From positions 8,964,362 to 9,028,361 of the forward strand of contig BDGG01000002.1 in assembly GCA_001949185.1 (NCBI GenBank): a stretch of 64,000 bases of DNA, in the 5' to 3' direction. Both the position numbers and the translations under genes were made by a program. The notes under the pieces were generated by a model. That model worked only from the letters and a program-made list of their open reading frames with translations. It was not told the DNA's origin and made no database searches. This document shows positions 63,910-64,000 of the stretch, piece by piece (position 1 is the stretch's first letter; each line of letters opens with the position of its first letter). The stretch is from Ramazzottius varieornatus (taxonomy: Eukaryota; Animalia; Tardigrada).

Positions 63910-64000
63910 CGTTTTAACATTATTACTTCTCACAATCTTTCTTTCGGTCCATTAAAAATTTAAACCGATCTTGGTCCATTATCTTCCGTCCGGTTTGCTT

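Overview
Eukaryotic, intron-rich, gene-dense window with short GT-AG introns. It is an invertebrate animal; a bacterial-type large-subunit catalase with spliceosomal introns next to an ApeC-domain gene points to a tardigrade (inference, not verified). Seven conserved genes look intact: NUP210 (-), PTPMT1 (+), ACBD4/5-like (+), ADAM10/kuzbanian (-), BCS1L (+), tomosyn/STXBP5 (-) and TBC1D13 (+). The first 5 kb holds an internally deleted clade-2 catalase and a frameshifted two-domain ApeC gene, joined across a TIR element. Transposons fill the intergenic space: a mariner with a CRE-clade retroelement inside it, hAT MITEs with 8-bp TSDs, a hAT transposase remnant, and a young Tigger/pogo with 117-bp TIRs. 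The largest is a 12-kb nest in which a Tc4/Tc5-like element is split by a 9.5-kb insert flanked by an 11-bp direct repeat. That insert holds a ZNF862-like hAT transposase preceded by a signal peptide plus lamin-tail-like domain, a pogo fragment, a DIRS/Ngaro retroelement and a Cys/Pro-rich ORF; it is the best candidate for something undescribed. All family calls come from motif recognition by eye; no database search was run.
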